From positions 37,396,405 to 37,460,404 of the forward strand of contig NC_057745.1 in the NCBI RefSeq assembly GCF_004010195.1: a DNA stretch of 64,000 nt, given 5' to 3'. The notes beneath the pieces are model-generated. The model ran no database searches. It worked only from the letters and a program-made list of their open reading frames with translations, and was not told where the DNA came from. The position numbers and the translations under genes are program-made. Positions 58,195 through 64,000 of the stretch are shown here, in pieces; positions within the stretch are counted from its first letter, which is position 1; every line of letters begins with the position of its first letter. The stretch is from Chiloscyllium plagiosum (lineage: Eukaryota).

Positions 58195-61100
58195 ATCTCA
58201 CTTGTCTTTCCTTCCTACTTGTCCTTTTGAAAAGTCCGATGCTCCCTGATATTTAATTCTGAGTTTTGATCTCCTTCTAACCTTTCTTCTGGAATGGTGA
58301 CAAGGTCATACTTGTTAATCTCTTTGTGCTGTTATTCCATTTATATTGTTCTCATTACTATGTGCTTTTAAGTAAAGTGGTGTTAATTTGGTCATTTTAA
58401 CATTTTTTTTCCTCCATTGACCCTGTTAGCTGCTTTTTGAAATGTTTCCTGTCCCACTCTGGGTTTTATTACCCAAATAGCTGCCCTGCAATGCCACCAT
58501 ACTCTTTCACTTTATAAGCCGACATAACCCCTCTTTCTCCAGACATCCCCAATTAGTTTAAAGTTCTGACTACAGCCCAAGTTATTTGATTCATCAAAGC
58601 ATTGGTCCCAGCACAATTCAAGTGAACCCTATCCCATCAGAGCAGCTCCCGTCTACTCCAATTGCACTGTGTTGACTACTTTACATATGTTCGTAACACA
58701 CAGAATCACTCAGTGAGGATTCAGTTTCAGCTGGTCCTTAATTAAGCTGTTCTCTGGGGCAGCCCTTTGGGGCAAAAAAAACCTCCCATTTAAGCTAGCA
58801 ACTACAGAATTTAAACTGCTCATTTCGGACATGGGGAGGTGGGGCTGAGTCTGAGTGGGATGTTCTTCGGCGAGTTGGTGCAGTTTCAGTGGGCCGAATG
58901 GCTTTTTTTCCATGCTGTAATGTCAGCTGCAAACTACAAACTAAATTAGGTTTACGTAATTCCTTTAGACTTCCTTAGCCCCAACATGTGCACGCTGTCA
59001 GTCTTCTACCCCTTTTGTGGTCTTTTACCTCTTGGCAAGCTACAATATTATCAGCTTTATTCCACGTTTTATGTTATGATTCCAGCTGATGTTCCTACTA
59101 GATAAGTCAGATCCCAGAATGAAATTTGGCCTGAGATTATGTTTTGCTTTTTAAATTTAATATGATAGTCTTTTACTGAAATCTAAGCACGCAAGTCTTC
59201 AGATTTGATTTTAACAATAAGACAGTTTATTACATAAATGAAGCAAAACAAGCTATCTACAAAGACACAATTTAAAAGATATCAAAGCACATAGCAAAAC
59301 AAAATTTCATCTACTCCCCAATATATCAATTAGTTACTCAAAAATTCAGAGAAATTCCTTTCCTCTCAAATCTACAAGTTTTACTTAATTGCTTCTTTTC
59401 TGGTGCTGTGACGCCTTTGCCTACTCAACAGAGCTTAACTGGCTTAGCTTTTGTAATAAGAAGTCAGGTCTCCTTTGAACTGCTCAGAGCAATCGCACTC
59501 TATTTCTTTTAAAAAAAAACTTGCTTAGTCTACAATCTGTAAAACTAATAGCCTAAGTTTTCTGCCTTTTGTTGTAAAGAAACTTCCATTAACACTCCAG
59601 AAGGAGCATGCTTGTTTAAAATAATTGTTCTCTCAAGATTGGTCTAGTTAATTTTTAAACCCTTTACAAAAATAGGCTAGTATCCATATGCCACTAGTTT
59701 AAAATCCAATTTTAAATTAAAATAAATTTTATTAATATTTTATAAATCTCGCACCTTTTCATACAATATAAAAGTTTATTTACTCGTTTAGCTTCTGTTT
59801 TTAAATGTAATTTGAAAATATTTTGAAAGAATCCTTTTCTCCAAATTGTTTAATTCTATATTCAGTTCGGCCTGTCTCTAAAACTAAATCTTCCAGGCAA
59901 AATTATTTATGATGGTGGCTTCCCAGTTTGATTAGAGATTTTCCTTGCTTAGAAGGTTTTTATTCTATAAAGATATTGCTACTTTGTCCTATGCTGCTGC
60001 ACTACAAGGTTTGACTCTGATTAGTGGCCTAAAATGTAGGCTTTCTGCTTGTTGTGGCTGAAGCAGGGGCCTGCCAATACTTGTCTGCAGCTGAACCAGA
60101 TGAATCCTGCTATCACAGTCTCAATAATGATACCTAATTCCATAATGGCTTTACTGAATGAATCCTGCTCCCTCAACTTCAGTAATTGTGCCAACTTTAA
60201 TCATGGTTTTGCTAAATGACTACCAGTATTTATGGTTTTAAGCAATGAATCTGGCTGCGTTAATGGCGTTTTTCCTGGATGATTTCTCCTTTCTGCAGTT
60301 TAAATACTTTCCACCTTTAACATAGTCTTAATTAAGTATCTCCTGTCTTTCTGTGGTCTTAGTAAAGCCTCCTAACTTTTTTTCCAGTAGACCAGAGCTG
60401 CCGAGGATTCTAATTTGTCCCATTGTTGCTTTAATTCTGGTTGTGACACCGCTGGTTTCCAACTGTGGTTTAAATTTCTTTATGGCCCATAATTTACTTT
60501 CTTTAGATGTGCCTCTTGGTGCCCACCCACTTTGGTGGCAAAACCTGAGCTGACGTAATAGGATATTTCCCAGTTTTTGGCTTTCTCAACCTTTATTATT
60601 GCACTGTTTTTCCAAAGCTTTTCCTTGCTCACCATGGATTTTAACTTTACTCACTGAACTGTCAATGTCCGTTTGTTCTATTTCTGAACCTCAACTCATG
60701 ACTGTTCAAAATAGCCACTGCTAAGTGATGCAGTCTGTCTACTTTAGAGTAACAAATTATTCTTTCCCAGGTAGTTTTCAACTCCTGTTGCAATGCATCT
60801 CCTAGCAGGTCTGAAATCCTTTTACCATTGACAGTGGATTTTTCCTTTATGAATGTTAATAGGGTTTCTCCTGTTAGCTCCTGAAATATTCAGTTTTTCC
60901 CCTACTGCTTGACTGACTGAGTGCAGGAACACAATGGCTTTGCTTAAAACAGATGACTTAAAGCTGAATCTGAACCTGCTGAGAAATCTTTAAACCTCCA
61001 CCACTGCCAGCATATTGTATGAGTCAGTTATGTGAAATCCGCACTACTGTTCATGATTTTGTATGAGCAGTCAATTCAAATCCATGGTACTACCTGCCAT

Positions 61101-61954
61101 GTTGTTTTTGCAGTTAAACTGATTCTGCACCTGACCATGATAGCAGGTTTGCTGTCACTATCTTCTTTATATATAAAGGTTCTCCATGGCATATTTGGGT
61201 CAGAATGGTAGAGGTAAACTACTTATGGTCTAACCAGAAGAGGCTGTTTGTTTTGAACAAGAAATGGTTTTTTGCATATTAGCACTAGTTACAGATTACT
61301 CATTGAAATGGTGGACATCATTACAGAGAACATGAATGTTTAGTCGTCCTCCTCCAAAATCCTTGTCTAACTCGTACACAAGTCCATATGATGTCATTCA
61401 TACTGTGCAATCATCTGTATTAACCCTTTCAGACCCTTACATCCTTATGCAATGATGGATTATCTTTTATCCTTGCTAACATCCATAAATGTACATCTCT
61501 GTGGTGAGGGCACTAGTGGAAAGAATGTTACCTAATTTTCCTCACAAGTCCAGAGACATTGAGACAAGTGGTAACAGTTAAAGCTGCCTTGCCAAACTGA
61601 CTACAGGATATGAATTGAGGTAGTAGCTTTCTCAGTTTGTAGTTTCAGAACTGCACCAGGTTGTGCATTTACCAACAAAGTGATGGTATTTTACTTTTAG
61701 GACATCAAAAGGATCAGTTCAGATCAATTTTGGTCAGTGCTGGTGACCTGAAGTCTGAGATTGGGCTTTATGCATAGCCAAGCCAGTGTTTCACTATTGT
61801 AATAGGCTGTACCTTTGGAAAGTCATTTATAAGACTTATAAGTGAGGAATGAAGAGTGGATAGAAAACTATGGCAATTTGTAGTTGCTCTCTATTCATAC
61901 CTCATCACCTCTGCAGAAAATAATCTTCCACAAAATATGATGTGGGGGAGCAGG

Positions 61955-62150
61955 TGTTGGACTGGGGTGGACAAAGTTAAAAATCACACAACATTAGGTT
62001 ATAGTTCAACAGGTTTAATTGGAAGCACCAGCTTTTGGAGCACTGCTTCTTCTTCAGCCACTGATGAAGGAGCAGTGCTCCGAAAGCTAGTGATTCCATG
62101 TAAACCTGTTGGACAATAACCTGGTATCATGTGATTTTTAACTTTATCCA
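61955..62150. mobile_element. Fold-back Penelope-terminus element with hammerhead core (62058-62092)
   Basis: aaagttaaaaatcacacaac... / ...gtgatttttaacttt arms. Core CTGATGA a ggagc agt gctcc GAAAGCTA gtg. Same terminus as the GIY-YIG element at 39791. Confidence 0.8.
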
Positions 62151-64000
62151 CAAAATAGATTGAGAATTAGCCTTTATGATTTGAATGAAATAATGTTTTC
62201 CATTTTTTTGAGTCAATAAATGTGTAGCTAGTTCAGAAATTACTATAGTTTGAGTGTTGCCTCAATAATTCAATTTTATTTTGTTCTGTGAAAAGCTCCT
62301 TAAGTAGTTTTTGGTTTTGCCCTCGTTACCATTAGGCATTTTTAAATGATATTTGCCACGTAGTGTGCTGATACCTGCCTGGATATTACTTCTGAAACCC
62401 TCTCTACCTGTGAATGTGAGAGAAATCTTCACCCAATCCAATCTGGGTTAAATTTAATACAAATTGTATTATCCCAAATTTTGAAAAGAATGGGAATGAG
62501 AAACTTAAATTATTAAAATATTGCAATATAAAGTTTGTTGAACATGAAAATCTTCTAGTTAGCTGAGTGCCTGTTAGAGTGATTATAGGCTGCTATTAGG
62601 TTGTAATTTGTAAACCGGCTGCATTCACTTGGTCAATTGGCATCTAAAGGAAAACCAATGAAGAACGTTTTACAGTAGTACTTGGCGTAGAATTGGAGGC
62701 TCAAATTATATAGTGTGGTGCAACTGAAACTTGAACCATTTGAGCTGGTGAGTTGAAATATGAGAGAGAATGTTTACACTGAAAACAGAATTACGATTAA
62801 AAAAAAAACCATGCTTAATCCATACAATCTACAGTCGTTACAGAAATTGAAACCTTGCAAATTATACTCAGGAAGCTTTGAATTGTTTATCTGGATTATC
62901 ATACCCCAGAGCTGTAATTAATGGGAACATTCTGTAAGCAAAGGAAGTAGCTGTTCAGGTGAACTTGTTAATATTTTCTGAGCAAAAAAAACATTAATTA
63001 ATCTGATGCACTACGTTTGGTAAGCGAGATATTGCGTAGGTTTGACTCAGAAGATTTTTTTCAAAGATCAGACACTGGATTATCAATGCCAAAACCAAGC
63101 ATATACTAAGAACCTATGAAACACCCAAGTTCTTCTAGGTTAAAGATGTGGACTAAATCCAAGTTCTTGTAAGGTGTTTGATTAACTATTAATATTAGTC
63201 CACCACTGTAGCCTTGCAAAACCCCTTGGCCTAGGAATCTTTGTACTAATGGGACAAAACTTCGGTGGATTCATAATATCTCTGTGATCCACCACACAAG
63301 TTATAGCCAAAGCTTTAATTCAGATTTTTGAAAAGAGGGCATTCGTGGAATTTACATTAATTCTGATGCTAGAATTGAAGCCTAAGGATCCCAAACAGAT
63401 TGAATCTATAATATTTGGGAATTTGGAATTAAAAGAATAACTGATGCATTAAAAGTGTATAATATGATTTCGGAATTTGTACTTTAAATGAGAGGTGAAA
63501 AATATCTATCAATTCTGTTCAAGTAACCTTTTTTAAAGAGATCAAAGTAATTCAAACATGAACTTAATACATGATTGGGGTTGGTAGGGTTACCCCATGT
63601 CATAACGAAAGGAATCCAGGTCCTCAGAATTGGAAAGGTGTTTCTAGACTATAAAACTGTAAAGCTGTTCAGCAGTCCACAAAAGGGGGCTGAAAAAAGT
63701 TATTTGAGTAAAATATCTAAATTTAAGTTGGGCAAAAAACTTTGTGGGATTTGAGTGACTGTAAAGGATATTGCTGGGGGGAAAAATGAAACTTTGTTCT
63801 GTCATTTGTGTTGAGAATTTTTCAAATTATTTCACATACAGCTTTGTATTTTATTTTGTGTAATAAACATGTGCTTTTTTTTAAAAAAGAATCCTTAACA
63901 GACTTGTGTGAATATATCTATTTGCTATCATAGTAACCAAACTGTAAACTACAGCTTATAACCACCTTCTTAGAGGCAACCAGGGTTGGGGAATATATAC

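Noticed and set aside
59070-64000. Possible old LTR/ERV remnants
   Set aside because: Some LTR-like texture, but no recognisable protein motif or paired ends to support a call.

Overview
Repeat-rich vertebrate genomic DNA, most likely from a cartilaginous fish (shark). This is inferred from HE1-type tRNA SINEs, Deu-domain SINEs, CR1 LINEs with an esterase ORF1 and shark-type Penelope termini. It is not prokaryotic, so most ORF-track entries are spurious or transposon-derived. Three host genes were assembled by hand from splice sites. (1) A two-Ig-domain (V+C2+TM) HEPACAM/CD2-SLAM-like gene on + (~3.0-5.3 kb, possible tail exons to ~12.1 kb) has a +1 frameshift in its V exon and is probably a pseudogene. 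(2) A complete 6-coding-exon CCDC153 (DRC12) lies on - (32708..23673, 196 aa), with a candidate RFX X-box/CRE/CCAAT promoter at ~35.6-35.7 kb. (3) CBL exon 1 lies on + (38460..38615) in a CpG island, followed by >25 kb of intron 1. CCDC153 and CBL are divergent, as in human 11q23.3. Notable non-gene features are a TSD-flanked ORF1-only L1 derivative (HAL1-like), several fold-back Penelope-derived elements with minimal hammerhead ribozyme cores, a ~71-copy 15-bp GATA-site minisatellite, a solo LTR with an inverted partial copy, and a 340-N gap. No database searches were run; homology calls rest on recognised motifs and repeat boundaries are approximate.
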